Of a DNA stretch of 64,000 nucleotides, positions 11,754 through 21,394 are shown piece after piece (positions within the stretch are counted from its first letter, which is position 1; the number at the start of each line of letters is the position of its first letter). Source of the DNA: an uncultured Candidatus Saccharibacteria bacterium (GTDB lineage: Bacteria; Patescibacteriota; Minisyncoccia; Phycocordibacterales; UBA918); contig CAYGKO010000002.1 of the NCBI GenBank assembly GCA_964350735.1, positions 26,134-90,133 of the forward strand, read 5' to 3'. Both the position numbers and the translations under genes were made by a program. The notes beneath the pieces are model-generated. The model was not told where the DNA came from. It ran no database searches and saw only the letters and a program-made list of their open reading frames with translations.

Positions 11754-14384
11754 ATGGCTAAGAAAAAAACTACAAAAACTGAATGGGGAGAAAATGATGA
11801 AAAAATCATTGTTCGAGGTGCGCGCACCCATAACTTAAAAAATATCGATGTTGAGATGCCGCGCGGTAAAATGATCGCGATTACCGGACCGTCTGGTTCT
11901 GGTAAGTCATCGCTTGCCTTTGATACTATCTTCGCTGAAGGGCAGCGACGCTATGTTGAGTCACTGTCCCCGTACGCACGACAGTTTTTAAACAAAATGC
12001 AGAAACCTGATGTGGATGAGATTTCCGGTCTGTCCCCAGCTATTTCAATTGATCAAAAGTCAGCCAGCCGTAATCCACGCTCAACCGTTGCAACAATTAC
12101 TGAGATTTATGATTATCTCCGTATTCTGTACGCTCGGGTTGGACAACCGTACTGCCTTGACGTAGATGTTGAGATTCAGAAGTTGTCTCAAGATGAGATT
12201 CTGGGCATCGTTTTAAAGTCAATTGAAGATAAAGAAGTTACAACGGCCAAGAAAGCTGCCGAAAAGGTGATGGGTATAGAGGTTAGTAAAGGACGAGTAA
12301 GTATCTTTGCGCCAGTTATAGTAGGACGAAAGGGTGAATACTACCAGTTACTCTATGACCTCCTCGGAAAAGGATTTGAAACCGTAAAGATTGACGGTCA
12401 GATCAAACAGCTACGAGACAAGATTGAGTTAACTAAAACAAAACGACATGACATTGATGTGTTAGTTGATGAGATCTACGTTAGTGAGTTTACTGACGAC
12501 CCAAAGGGCTCCCGCGAACGATTATCTGAAGCAGTGGAGCTCGCACTACAGCAAGCCAATGGATTGGTGAAGATTGAATCACCAGACGGCAGTGAGCGCA
12601 CCTTATCAGCCAAGTTTATTTGCCCAATTGATGGTTCATCATTCCCAGAAGTGGAACCGCGACTCTTTTCTTTCAATTCACCGTATGGTGCCTGTCCCGA
12701 ATGTAACGGTCTTGGTGTAGTGGGGATTTTTAATTCAGATGTGTGTGAAAGTTGTAAAGGGGCCCGGTTACGCCCTGAAGCCTTGAGGGTATACCTCGGT
12801 GGGGACGGTAAGAAGAATCTTGGGATGAACATCGTTGACTTCACTCGATTGACCGTGAAAGAAGCTACTGACTTCATTGACTCCCTTAAACTTAGTAAAA
12901 AACAGCACGATATTGCTTGGCCAGCCCTACGGGAAGTAATCGAGCGCTTACAATTTATGAATAATGTCGGGATCGAATACCTAACGCTTGACCGTCGTGC
13001 TAATACGCTTTCGGGTGGAGAAGCACAACGTATTCGATTAGCGTCTCAGCTTGGATCTGGTTTAGTGGGTGCGCTGTATGTGCTCGATGAACCGACCATT
13101 GGTTTACACCAGCGCGATAATGATAAGCTGATCGAAACCCTAACTGAGCTACGTGATCTGGGGAATACTATTATCGTCGTTGAACACGATGAAGATACAA
13201 TTTACGCTGCTGACTACATCGTTGATATTGGTCCTGGGGCGGGTATTCGGGGTGGGGAAGTGGTGGTGGCAGACTTCTTGCCAAAGTTACTTAACGCGCC
13301 TGCAAACACTTTTAACTCAATCACAATCGATTATCTACGTGGCGATAAAAAAATCGAGATCCCAGAGCGACGCACCGGAGAAAAGGGTTCAATCAAGATC
13401 CGCGGTGGTAAGGCATTTAATATCACTAACCTGAACGTCGACATTCCACTTGGTCGACTGATTAGCGTGACTGGAGTGTCAGGTTCGGGAAAGTCTACCT
13501 TCATGTACGAGTTGTTACACAAAAACTTACAAGCCAAAATGGAAAAGAAGTACCGTACTGCGAAGGTCTACAATATCAAATCAATCACCGGTACTGAGTA
13601 TTTAGGACGCTCTATTTTGATCGACCAATCTCCAATTGGTCGCACGCCACGCTCTAATCCAGCCACCTACACCGGGGCCTTCACTCATATTCGTGACATG
13701 TTCGCTGCCAGTAGTGAAGCCAGAGCGCGCGGTTGGAAACCAGGACGTTTCTCCTTCAATGTAAAAGGTGGACGCTGCGAAGCCTGTCAGGGTAATGGTG
13801 TAATTGCAGTTGAGATGCACTTTTTACCAACAGTGTACGTGGGGTGTGATGTGTGTGATGGTAAGCGTTTTACGAAAGAAACCTTGGAGGTGTATTACAA
13901 AGGCAAGAATATCCACGAGGTACTCCATATGACTGTTGAAGAAGCCACCGAATTCTTCAAAGAAGTCCCAGCTATTTATGAGCGACTGGCTAGTTTGGTA
14001 AATGTAGGATTAGGATACTTAGAGCTTGGTCAAAGCGCGACCACGCTCTCTGGTGGAGAAGCGCAGCGTGTGAAGATCGCCTCAGAGCTCTATCGTCCAC
14101 ATACGCAAAAAACTATTTATCTACTCGATGAACCAACGATTGGACTCCATTATGAAGATGTGAAGAAGTTGATTGAAATTCTCCAAGAGCTGGTAAATCG
14201 TGGTAATACCGTCATGGTCATCGAACACAACCTCGACCTGATCAAATGTTCTGACTACGTACTCGATATTGGTCCTGAAGGCGGCGCTGGTGGCGGTCAG
14301 CTAGTGGCCAAAGGCACCCCCGAAGAAGTGGCAGAAAATATCAAGTCGCATACTGGGAAATATCTTAAGAAACATCTTAGGTAG
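11754..14384 (+). CDS. uvrA: excinuclease ABC subunit A (UvrA)
   Basis: Two ABC ATPase modules (GPSGSGKSS and GVSGSGKST Walker A; LSGGEAQR signatures twice) and zinc-finger Cys clusters (CPECNG, CEAC/CDVCDG). Confidence 0.92.
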   Translation: MAKKKTTKTEWGENDEKIIVRGARTHNLKNIDVEMPRGKMIAITGPSGSGKSSLAFDTIFAEGQRRYVESLSPYARQFLNKMQKPDVDEISGLSPAISIDQKSASRNPRSTVATITEIYDYLRILYARVGQPYCLDVDVEIQKLSQDEILGIVLKSIEDKEVTTAKKAAEKVMGIEVSKGRVSIFAPVIVGRKGEYYQLLYDLLGKGFETVKIDGQIKQLRDKIELTKTKRHDIDVLVDEIYVSEFTDDPKGSRERLSEAVELALQQANGLVKIESPDGSERTLSAKFICPIDGSSFPEVEPRLFSFNSPYGACPECNGLGVVGIFNSDVCESCKGARLRPEALRVYLGGDGKKNLGMNIVDFTRLTVKEATDFIDSLKLSKKQHDIAWPALREVIERLQFMNNVGIEYLTLDRRANTLSGGEAQRIRLASQLGSGLVGALYVLDEPTIGLHQRDNDKLIETLTELRDLGNTIIVVEHDEDTIYAADYIVDIGPGAGIRGGEVVVADFLPKLLNAPANTFNSITIDYLRGDKKIEIPERRTGEKGSIKIRGGKAFNITNLNVDIPLGRLISVTGVSGSGKSTFMYELLHKNLQAKMEKKYRTAKVYNIKSITGTEYLGRSILIDQSPIGRTPRSNPATYTGAFTHIRDMFAASSEARARGWKPGRFSFNVKGGRCEACQGNGVIAVEMHFLPTVYVGCDVCDGKRFTKETLEVYYKGKNIHEVLHMTVEEATEFFKEVPAIYERLASLVNVGLGYLELGQSATTLSGGEAQRVKIASELYRPHTQKTIYLLDEPTIGLHYEDVKKLIEILQELVNRGNTVMVIEHNLDLIKCSDYVLDIGPEGGAGGGQLVAKGTPEEVAENIKSHTGKYLKKHLR

Positions 14385-14386
14385 TT

Positions 14387-15163
14387 ATGTCTGAAAATTT
14401 TATTTTTAAGCCCAAAACTGAATCAGTACAGCCAGAAGACATTGTTGCTCTGGAAACACCAGAAGAGTATCTGAAGGTACTTTTCTGGAGTTTTTTACTA
14501 TCACAAGGTGATGGAGGAGCACAGGGTCAGGTGCTTCGGTTCTGCCACCAGATGACCGGCCCTGTCCCAAACGATGTATTTCAAGGTGCTGCAAATATGT
14601 TTATTGATAAGTATATGGTGCAGGGAGATTTTGCTGACAATCTTAAACGAATACATGGACATTATGGATTTCCAAATGTGACACCTGAGTACTATGATGC
14701 GCATGCACCTAGGCACACTACAGACACACCACGTAAATCTCTACAGTATACGCTCAGGCTGATGAATTTTAATCCAACGCGGGAAGGAGTTTCAGGGTAT
14801 ATTCCAGGGTTATTCGCAGGAAAGACTTGGAATACCGATTATAAATATTTGTGCAGTAAAAATAGCCAATTTGGTGACGGCCGACCTGAAGCGATCTTGC
14901 CTGCGAATGGTAAAGATCTTTGGGAAAGCTTTGGAGTTCGTTTCTTTATAAAACAAGAAGCTATGCCTCCAATACCTGTTTTAAAATTATTTTTACAAAA
15001 CGAAATGCAAAGAATGCCCTGTATCGAAAAAAAATATGATCAAGGTGAAGAGCTGTATGCTAAGGAAAAAGTTGCAGCAGTGATGGATGTGTACGATGCA
15101 AAGCATCCAGAGCAAACACTAACCAAGCAAGAACGAGATGCGTATCTCGGGGTTTACAATTAG
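14387..15163 (+). CDS. hypothetical protein (258 aa), translationally coupled to uvrA
   Basis: The start ATG lies 3 nt after the uvrA stop. I recognise no domain. Soluble, His/Tyr-rich. Confidence 0.45.
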   Translation: MSENFIFKPKTESVQPEDIVALETPEEYLKVLFWSFLLSQGDGGAQGQVLRFCHQMTGPVPNDVFQGAANMFIDKYMVQGDFADNLKRIHGHYGFPNVTPEYYDAHAPRHTTDTPRKSLQYTLRLMNFNPTREGVSGYIPGLFAGKTWNTDYKYLCSKNSQFGDGRPEAILPANGKDLWESFGVRFFIKQEAMPPIPVLKLFLQNEMQRMPCIEKKYDQGEELYAKEKVAAVMDVYDAKHPEQTLTKQERDAYLGVYN

Positions 15164-15206
15164 GAATGTTTTTGATTCTTCTGTTTCGCAAAACTGTTGA
15201 GAACTC

Positions 15207-15246
15207 TACCAGCTAATATATGTGTAGCTGGTATAGTTAATTTTTA
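15207..15246 (+). terminator. hairpin (taccagcta-N9-tagctggta) followed by a T-rich tract; probable terminator of the uvrA operon
   Basis: Perfect 9-bp inverted repeat followed by tagttaattttt. Could alternatively be an operator. Confidence 0.4.
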
Positions 15247-15255
15247 GGAGGCCGT

Positions 15256-15576
15256 GTGCCTCAAAATGCCGCAACTAAGAGGGAGAGCACCTTGCAGCAG
15301 CAAAACATAGACCCGTATAAAATCCTTCACGATTTAGCTGTTTATTTTGGATTGCGGACTTCAGGAAATCGCATAAGAGATTTCAATCTCTCATTTGCAG
15401 TAACTGTTGTTTTGAAAGTATACCAACTGCATCCTGAACGAAGGGAACCCCATAAACTTGCCGCCCAAGAAATTGCGCTACTTTTCGTATCGGGTGCTGT
15501 AAGAAACAGACCCATTTTAAAAACATGGGAAGAACACTGTGCCAGCGAACAGTCTGAAAAGATTGCTGCTGAATGA
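15256..15576 (+). CDS. hypothetical protein (106 aa)
   Basis: GTG start 4 nt after an AGGAGG. No recognisable domain. Followed by a hairpin terminator. Confidence 0.4.
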   Translation: MPQNAATKRESTLQQQNIDPYKILHDLAVYFGLRTSGNRIRDFNLSFAVTVVLKVYQLHPERREPHKLAAQEIALLFVSGAVRNRPILKTWEEHCASEQSEKIAAE

Positions 15577-15580
15577 ATCT

Positions 15581-15610
15581 GGCCGCTGGTGCAATACTGG
15601 CGGCCTTTTC
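15581..15610 (+). terminator. rho-independent terminator (ggccgc...gcggcc + TTTTCC)
   Basis: GC-rich 6-bp stem with a T-run, between the 106-aa ORF and uvrC. Confidence 0.45.
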
Positions 15611-15627
15611 CATGCTAGAGTAGCTCA

Positions 15628-16863
15628 GTGAAAAAAGAGGATTTAGTCAAAAAGAAATTACCTGACAACCCGGGGGTGTATTTCTTCTTAGGGTCTAGGA
15701 AGGAGATTTTATATATTGGGAAAGCTACCTCGCTGCGGAATAGAGTACGAAGTTATTTTACGCATGATATTAAAGAGAAGCGTTCAGAGTTGATAGAAAA
15801 AATGGTGACGGTCTCTAAAACAGTGGACTGGACAGAAACTGACAGCACTTTGGAGGCGCTTATCTTAGAGACAAACCTGATCCGTACTCATAAACCTTTT
15901 TATAATACTCGAAGTAAAGATGATAAGTCATACAACCACCTTATTATTACTAATGAAGAATGGCCGCGAGTATTAGTCATACGTGGTAAGGATCTGACTG
16001 AGCAATATACGGAAAAAGATATTAAGTATCATTTTGGGCCATTTCCGAGCGGCTTGCTATTCCGTGAGGCACTCAAAATAATCCGTAAGCTATTTAAATT
16101 TTATGACACGAAAGAACCATTAGGGGCAGAGAAGTCCAAGTTCGCTCGGGGTAAGATTGACTTCAATCGCCAAATTGGATTATATCCAGAGAATCATTCA
16201 AAAGCTGAATACTTACGAACGATTCGTCATATTAGACTCTTTTTTGAAGGTAAGAAACACCTGCTTATAAAAGAACTTAACAAAGATATGATGCGAGCAG
16301 CTAAGCAAGAAGAGTTTGAGATTGCTGGCAGTATAAAGAAGAAGATTTTTGCCTTAGAGCACATTCAGGATATCGCTCTGATTCGCGATGATACCAAGGT
16401 ATATAGAGATGAAAAAAGTGTCCGAATTGAAGCATATGACATTGCTCACATGGGTGGTCAGGACATGGTTGGTGTGATGACGGTAGTAGAAAATGGCGAA
16501 CCGAAAAAATCCGACTACCGCAAGTTTAAGATCCAGTCAGTGAGCGGCAGCAACGATCCTGCAGCACTGAAAGAAGTACTAGAGCGCCGTCTAGGGCACC
16601 CAGAATGGCCATTCCCGCAAATTATTGTGATGGATGGTAGTACAGCTCAGAAAAACGCTGCCGAATTTGTCTTACGGAAGCTTGGGCTGGTGATACCAGT
16701 GGTCGCTGTAGTGAAAGATGAAAAACATAAACCTATCAGGTTGATAGCTTCAAAGAAACTAACTGATCAATATAAGGATCTCATTTTGCTAGCAAACGCA
16801 GAGTCCCATCGTTTTGCAATCAATTATCACCGGCGTTCTAGTCGCAAAAGGAAACTTTTATAA
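15628..16863 (+). CDS. uvrC: excinuclease ABC subunit C, short form lacking the C-terminal HhH domain
   Basis: N-terminal GIY-YIG (GVYFFLGSRKEILYIGKATSLRNRVRSY), UVR motif (EFEIAGSIKKKIFALEHI) and RNase-H-like endonuclease domain (YDIAHMGGQDMVGV...IIVMDGSTAQ). It ends at 411 aa where UvrC is usually about 600. Confidence 0.8.
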   Translation: MKKEDLVKKKLPDNPGVYFFLGSRKEILYIGKATSLRNRVRSYFTHDIKEKRSELIEKMVTVSKTVDWTETDSTLEALILETNLIRTHKPFYNTRSKDDKSYNHLIITNEEWPRVLVIRGKDLTEQYTEKDIKYHFGPFPSGLLFREALKIIRKLFKFYDTKEPLGAEKSKFARGKIDFNRQIGLYPENHSKAEYLRTIRHIRLFFEGKKHLLIKELNKDMMRAAKQEEFEIAGSIKKKIFALEHIQDIALIRDDTKVYRDEKSVRIEAYDIAHMGGQDMVGVMTVVENGEPKKSDYRKFKIQSVSGSNDPAALKEVLERRLGHPEWPFPQIIVMDGSTAQKNAAEFVLRKLGLVIPVVAVVKDEKHKPIRLIASKKLTDQYKDLILLANAESHRFAINYHRRSSRKRKLL

Positions 16864-16887
16864 ACGCGTTTTTGTTCTACTGAGTAT

Positions 16888-17691
16888 ATGAACAATAAAG
16901 TAGCAATCATAGGACACGGGTACGTAGGGCAGGCACTAGAGAATTATTTTAAAGATAAGTTTGAGGTAGTTATATATGACCCAATAAAGGGTTTCGACGA
17001 CAAAGAACTGGTCAATGCCTGCGGATTAGCAGTGGTCAGTGTGCCGACTACTATGCTTGAGGATGGCAGTGTTGACCTTTCAATTGTTGATGAAATATTT
17101 CAGTGGCTGCAAACTGAATCAATTGTGATCAAGAGTACAATTCCACCAGGAACTACAAAAAAATTAGCTGAACAGTATAATTTTGCTGATCGGTTAGTAT
17201 TTTCACCTGAGTATATTGGTGAAGGTGGGTATCCGGTACCTCACTGGGAAGGAGTCCCGCATCCAACTGATGTGAAGTTACATCAACATATAATATTTGG
17301 TGGAAGTCGGGAAGCCAGAGATGCTGTGAGACCATATTTTGAACGTGTTTCAGGTCCGTTTGCGCACTACCACATGACTGATAGTACAACTGCAGAACTA
17401 ACTAAGTATATGGAAAATACTTGGATAGCTACTAAAGTCACTTTTTGTAATGAGTTTTATGATATAGCGGGGAGTTATGGTGTTGATTACGCAGAGCTCA
17501 GAGAGCTCTGGTTGACAGATGGACGGATAAATCCATCGCACACACTGGTATATGCTGATCAGCGAGGTTTTGATGGTAAGTGTATCCCAAAAGATACAAA
17601 TGGCATGGTGAAAAATGCGGCGAAACAAGGGTATGAGGCAAAGTTTTTGGCGGCAGTGCTGGATCGTAATGAGGACTTTAGACAACTCTAG
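16888..17691 (+). CDS. UDP-glucose/GDP-mannose dehydrogenase-family protein, C-terminally truncated (no UDP-sugar-binding domain)
   Basis: N-terminal Rossmann VAIIGHGYVGQALE and the catalytic-Cys motif FDGKCIPKDTNG (compare GGSCFPKD). Only 267 aa. Confidence 0.5.
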   Translation: MNNKVAIIGHGYVGQALENYFKDKFEVVIYDPIKGFDDKELVNACGLAVVSVPTTMLEDGSVDLSIVDEIFQWLQTESIVIKSTIPPGTTKKLAEQYNFADRLVFSPEYIGEGGYPVPHWEGVPHPTDVKLHQHIIFGGSREARDAVRPYFERVSGPFAHYHMTDSTTAELTKYMENTWIATKVTFCNEFYDIAGSYGVDYAELRELWLTDGRINPSHTLVYADQRGFDGKCIPKDTNGMVKNAAKQGYEAKFLAAVLDRNEDFRQL

Positions 17692-17721
17692 TTCAGATTA
17701 TGGCTGTGGTATTATTGTGAA

Positions 17722-18684
17722 ATGAAAGAAAACCACAAACCGAGAATTGCTGTCTTACGTGGTGGCCCCAGTGAGGAGCATGTGTTATCCATGCAAAATG
17801 GTGGAGAAGTCTCCTCAGTATTAAAAGCAACTGGTCTCTATGATGTTGTTGATATAAATGTCACAAAGAATGGCGAATGGCTCGAAGATGGTTTTGTCCG
17901 CTCATCTCAAGACATTCTAAATAAAGTTGATTCTGTCTATATTGGACTGCATGGTCTCTATGGCGAAGACGGCTCCGTGCAGCGAGTCATTGAACGAGCT
18001 GGAGTAAACTACAATGGCAGTAAACCATTTCAATCTGCTGTTGGGCTCAACAAGATGTTAACAAAGGAGCATGTAAAAAATACGCAAGTACAAAAAGCCG
18101 CCCATTTACGTCTCAGTAAATCAGGAGTAGCAGATGTACACGCCAGCGCCAATACAACCGAAAAACTCTTAGGCGGAGCATTTATTGTAAAGCCCACCTT
18201 TGGAGGTTCTGGTATTGGTATGCGAATTGCAAATGGTAGTTATGAACTAGCAAAAGTGCTAGCAGAAATGTTTGAAAAGTACGATGACGTATTAGTGGAA
18301 CAGCGAATTAATGGAGCGTCAGTGACTTGTGGAGTAGTTAATGATTTGCGAGGTACCGCACTCTATGCAACTCCCACGATCGAAGTGGTACATGATCTGG
18401 AGACAGATCAAGATGTGTTTGCAGCCGAAAAAATTGTTCCAGGACGATTTACAAAAAATACTAAAGATAGAATTGCAGATTTTTCAAAACAAATTCATAC
18501 TGAACTTGGGCTTTCAGATATGTCGAGGTCAGATTTTATTGTCACCCCAGAAGGTGAGATTTTCTTTTTGGAAGTAAACACACTACCAGCTGTTACTAAA
18601 AATTCGCCACTTATGGCTGGTATGGATAGTCTAGGTGTTTCACAAGAAGAGTTGGTATGTCATTTGTGTGGCGGTGCCGTCTAG
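17722..18684 (+). CDS. ddl: ATP-grasp ligase, D-alanine--D-alanine ligase-like
   Basis: IAVLRGGPSEEHVLS and LHGLYGEDGSVQ are Ddl-type N-domain motifs. C-terminal ATP-grasp motifs (EQRINGASVTCGVV, FLEVNTLP). Confidence 0.6.
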   Translation: MKENHKPRIAVLRGGPSEEHVLSMQNGGEVSSVLKATGLYDVVDINVTKNGEWLEDGFVRSSQDILNKVDSVYIGLHGLYGEDGSVQRVIERAGVNYNGSKPFQSAVGLNKMLTKEHVKNTQVQKAAHLRLSKSGVADVHASANTTEKLLGGAFIVKPTFGGSGIGMRIANGSYELAKVLAEMFEKYDDVLVEQRINGASVTCGVVNDLRGTALYATPTIEVVHDLETDQDVFAAEKIVPGRFTKNTKDRIADFSKQIHTELGLSDMSRSDFIVTPEGEIFFLEVNTLPAVTKNSPLMAGMDSLGVSQEELVCHLCGGAV

Positions 18685-19032
18685 GTGCATATCTTTAAAA
18701 ACCACTCTCGTGCGTCTGGTAAACTAGCAGTAATGAAAAAAGCTCCTAAGCTCTTAACGAAGAGAGAAATTTCAAGCTTTGCTAAAAAACATTCAGAGTG
18801 GACTTTGAACAAAAAAGAAACTGAGATAAAACGTGAATTTGAGATGACAGATTATATTTCTGGATTGATCTTTATGGCTCGGATTGCAGTGCATGCTGAG
18901 ATCGCAAATCATCATCCTGACATGCAACTGTCGTATGGTGCTGTAAAAGTCACTTTGTCGACGCATGACAGTAAGGGTCTGACAAAGCTCGATGTTGTGT
19001 TAGCGGGGAAAATTGACAAATTGTATAAATAA
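18685..19032 (+). CDS. pterin-4a-carbinolamine dehydratase (PCD/DCoH)
   Basis: EWTL...FMARIAVHAEIANHHPD with the H-H-P-D catalytic motif. The true start may be the internal Met at 18733. Confidence 0.7.
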   Translation: MHIFKNHSRASGKLAVMKKAPKLLTKREISSFAKKHSEWTLNKKETEIKREFEMTDYISGLIFMARIAVHAEIANHHPDMQLSYGAVKVTLSTHDSKGLTKLDVVLAGKIDKLYK

Positions 19033-19050
19033 CTTTGCTATAATTTCTGT

Positions 19051-19587
19051 ATGATAAATGAACGCGCCATTATTGTTGCACTTTCGTACGTAATTGGATT
19101 TGTAACCGCTTTTATAGCCTTTGGCATTTCACAGCAAACACCACACTACAGTCAGCATTATTCTGATGCTAACGCCTCTAAGTTTTCAAATGTGGTAGAT
19201 GTAGAAATGGCTGCGTCTTCTTTCCAGGCCTTTAAAAACGAAACCGGGCTATTTGTAGCCGTAGATGGAGATGAGCGGATTATAACAGCAAAACTTGAAG
19301 GCAAAGAAGGCGAGCCTGGCTTCCACTTTGATGTTCCATATTACGAAGTGTCTCCTGATATGCAGTACATTCATTACTGTGAACAAATGTCCGAAATCCC
19401 TACTGAGTGCACAAGCTTTGTATATGTAGTTGATCAACACGTTGTGTATCCAGCTGATTTTGATGGCAGCGGGATTGTGTCTAGTATCCTTGATATGCAC
19501 ACACATTGGCTAGATGATGGGCGCTTAGAAATTGGACCATTTGTATCGGCTTCAGCTGAAAAGCCATGGATGCTTGTACAATACTAA
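19051..19587 (+). CDS. hypothetical membrane-anchored protein
   Basis: N-terminal TM (IIVALSYVIGFVTAFIAFGI), then a soluble domain. No recognised family. Confidence 0.4.
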   Translation: MINERAIIVALSYVIGFVTAFIAFGISQQTPHYSQHYSDANASKFSNVVDVEMAASSFQAFKNETGLFVAVDGDERIITAKLEGKEGEPGFHFDVPYYEVSPDMQYIHYCEQMSEIPTECTSFVYVVDQHVVYPADFDGSGIVSSILDMHTHWLDDGRLEIGPFVSASAEKPWMLVQY

Positions 19588-19603
19588 CTTCTCTTCAAAA
19601 AGT

Positions 19604-19636
19604 AAAAGCCGCTTCTGAAAGAAGCGGCTTTTACTT
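19604..19636. terminator. bidirectional rho-independent terminator (aaaagccgcttc-tgaaa-gaagcggctttt)
   Basis: Perfect 12-bp stem flanked by A-runs and T-runs, between the plus-strand ORF and the minus-strand tRNA. Confidence 0.7.
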
Positions 19637-19640
19637 TACT

Positions 19641-19665
19641 ATGTGGAATCGACAGGACTTGGTCA
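19641..19665. repeat. near-identical copy of the tRNA-Ala 3' end (tggaatcgacaggacttgg versus tggactcgacaggacttga)
   Basis: About 17 of 19 nt match the 19857-19875 segment 210 bp away, in the same orientation. Further T-arm-like fragments (ttcaagtcctg) lie at 19771-19784. Confidence 0.45.
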
Positions 19666-19854
19666 CGAATCACTAAGCATATTATTTCGCTTCGCTCATA
19701 ATCTACCCAGTGTTCTCGACCCCGACTCGCCGACAAGCACTCGCTTCGCTCGTCTTGTGTACCGGCTCCGTCTTTCAAGTCCTGACGCAAAGCCTACCAG
19801 GCTTTGCTTCGAGTCCACCTAAAAACACAAAACCGCCTATTGGCGGTGTGTATT

Positions 19855-19930
19855 TGGTGGACTCGACAGGACTTGAACCCGCTACCTCCTCAGTGCAAAT
19901 GAGGCGCTCTACCAGATGAGCTACGAGCCC
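19855..19930 (-). tRNA. tRNA-Ala (anticodon UGC), CCA encoded
   Basis: The reverse complement gives GGGCTCGTAGCTCATCTGGTAGAGCGCCTCATTTGCACTGAGGAGGTAGCGGGTTCAAGTCCTGTCGAGTCCACCA. It has the G3:U70 Ala identity pair, anticodon-loop TTTGCAC and a cloverleaf alignment to E. coli tRNA-Ala(UGC). Confidence 0.85.
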
Positions 19931-19960
19931 TTGTGACAGGGACTTGAATATCAAGTGGGC

Positions 19961-19992
19961 ATTATACTACTCAGCAAATGTGATTTAGTCAA
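19961..19992 (-). promoter_or_regulatory. candidate sigma70-type promoter for tRNA-Ala (TTGACT-N17-TAGTAT on minus strand)
   Basis: Read on the minus strand: ttgact aaatcacatttgctgag tagtataat, about 25 nt upstream of the tRNA 5' end. Confidence 0.45.
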
Positions 19993-20207
19993 TGGTTAAA
20001 CTAAGCCAGTATGTGAGTACTCTTTTGATATCCCCACTTTATTTTTTAGTCAACATTTGCTACTATGCATCCGCAGGTTAGTTATAGATCTTACTTGGCT
20101 ACATTTTAGACAATAGAGTTTTTCATCAGAACAGGATTGATGAATACTTCCGGTTGTCTCGAATGAGTTTAGTTGGGTAGAAATGAACCGTCTGCAAGGT
20201 ATTTTCT

Positions 20208-20984
20208 ATGTTCAGTCTGATTAATACAGCACACGCTGCTGAAGGTATCTCAGTAAAGCTAGACCCCTATATCGTGGGGGAGTTTTTCGGTATTTCAATC
20301 ACCGCTACCATGCTTACAACCTGGCTGGCTATGGTCATCTTGATTGTTTTGGCAGTCACTGTGGGACGAAATCTTAAAAAAGTACCAGGGAAATTACAAC
20401 TGATCTTTGAAACTGTCGTAGGCGGTATTTACCAATACGTTGAAGACACGCTAGAAAGTAAGGATTTGGCCCGAAAGTACTTTCCAATCTTAATCACTAT
20501 GTTCTTGTTCCTTTTAGTGATGAACTGGGTGGGATTACTGCCAGGTGTTACTACTATCGGGTTGTTTGATGGTCATGGAGACGGTTCACACTTTACACCG
20601 TTCTTTTATCCTCCAGCTACTGACTTAAATGTTGCAATTGCCTTTGCGCTCATTGCAATGTTTACGATTGAGTTTGCTGGGATAGCAGCGCTTGGAGTGT
20701 GGAAGTATGGCGGTAAATTCATCAACTTCTCCTCGCCACTTAATTTCCTAGTAGGAATTATCGAACTTATCAGTGAAATCGGTCGATTAGTTTCGTTCTC
20801 ATTCCGACTTTTTGGAAATATCTTCGCCGGGAAAACACTCCTAGTAGTGGCCACATTCTTTGTGCCGTTTGTGCTGCCAGTACCGATTCTAGCCTATGAG
20901 GTGTTCGTGGGCTTTATCCAAGCCGGAGTGTTCTTCTTCTTGACGTTGGTCTTTATTAAGTTGGCCGTAGCGGAGCCGCACTAG
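20208..20984 (+). CDS. atpB: F0F1 ATP synthase subunit a
   Basis: Polytopic subunit a with the conserved Arg region (RLVSFSFRLFGNIFAG) and a C-terminal helix. First gene of the atp operon. Confidence 0.9.
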   Translation: MFSLINTAHAAEGISVKLDPYIVGEFFGISITATMLTTWLAMVILIVLAVTVGRNLKKVPGKLQLIFETVVGGIYQYVEDTLESKDLARKYFPILITMFLFLLVMNWVGLLPGVTTIGLFDGHGDGSHFTPFFYPPATDLNVAIAFALIAMFTIEFAGIAALGVWKYGGKFINFSSPLNFLVGIIELISEIGRLVSFSFRLFGNIFAGKTLLVVATFFVPFVLPVPILAYEVFVGFIQAGVFFFLTLVFIKLAVAEPH

Positions 20985-21073
20985 TGAATAATCACGAATC
21001 TCGCACATTGGGCGCGCGATTCGTACTTGTTCGTTAGAGCAGTACAAAATTAATTAATTAACTTACATATTTT

Positions 21074-21340
21074 ATGTCACCAGAAATGGAATTGGCGATG
21101 GCTGCATCACAAATGAGTGCAGACTCAATCAAAGCGATTGCGATGGCGCTTGCAGCAGGTCTTGGTGTGATGGGGCCAGGTATCGGTATTGGTATCCTTG
21201 TGTCAAAAGCACTTGAAGCAATTGGACGAAATCCAGAAGCAGCCAGCAAGATCCAAAGTACAATGATCCTCGGTATTGTATTCGTAGAAGCGTTGGCTAT
21301 TTTCGCCCTTGTAGTTGCTTTCGTTATTAAGTTTGCATAG
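21074..21340 (+). CDS. atpE: F0F1 ATP synthase subunit c
   Basis: Two-helix proteolipid with a GxGxGxG N-helix and the ion-binding carboxylate in VFVEALAIFALV. Confidence 0.9.
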   Translation: MSPEMELAMAASQMSADSIKAIAMALAAGLGVMGPGIGIGILVSKALEAIGRNPEAASKIQSTMILGIVFVEALAIFALVVAFVIKFA

Positions 21341-21394
21341 CAAATTAATTGCTTTAAAGCAGTAACTTAAGGTTTGCTTTAGCATATATACGTT

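Noticed and set aside
19644-19722. Possible second (pseudo) tRNA on the minus strand downstream of tRNA-Ala
   Set aside because: A 7-bp acceptor-like pairing exists, but it is driven by a TCGA palindrome. There is no D-arm, no anticodon stem-loop and no T-loop consensus. I treated it as tRNA-derived repeat debris, not a gene.
19710-19919. 69-aa plus-strand ORF overlapping tRNA-Ala
   Set aside because: It overlaps a confident tRNA gene and the repeat-rich spacer. It is proline-rich and looks like a shadow translation.
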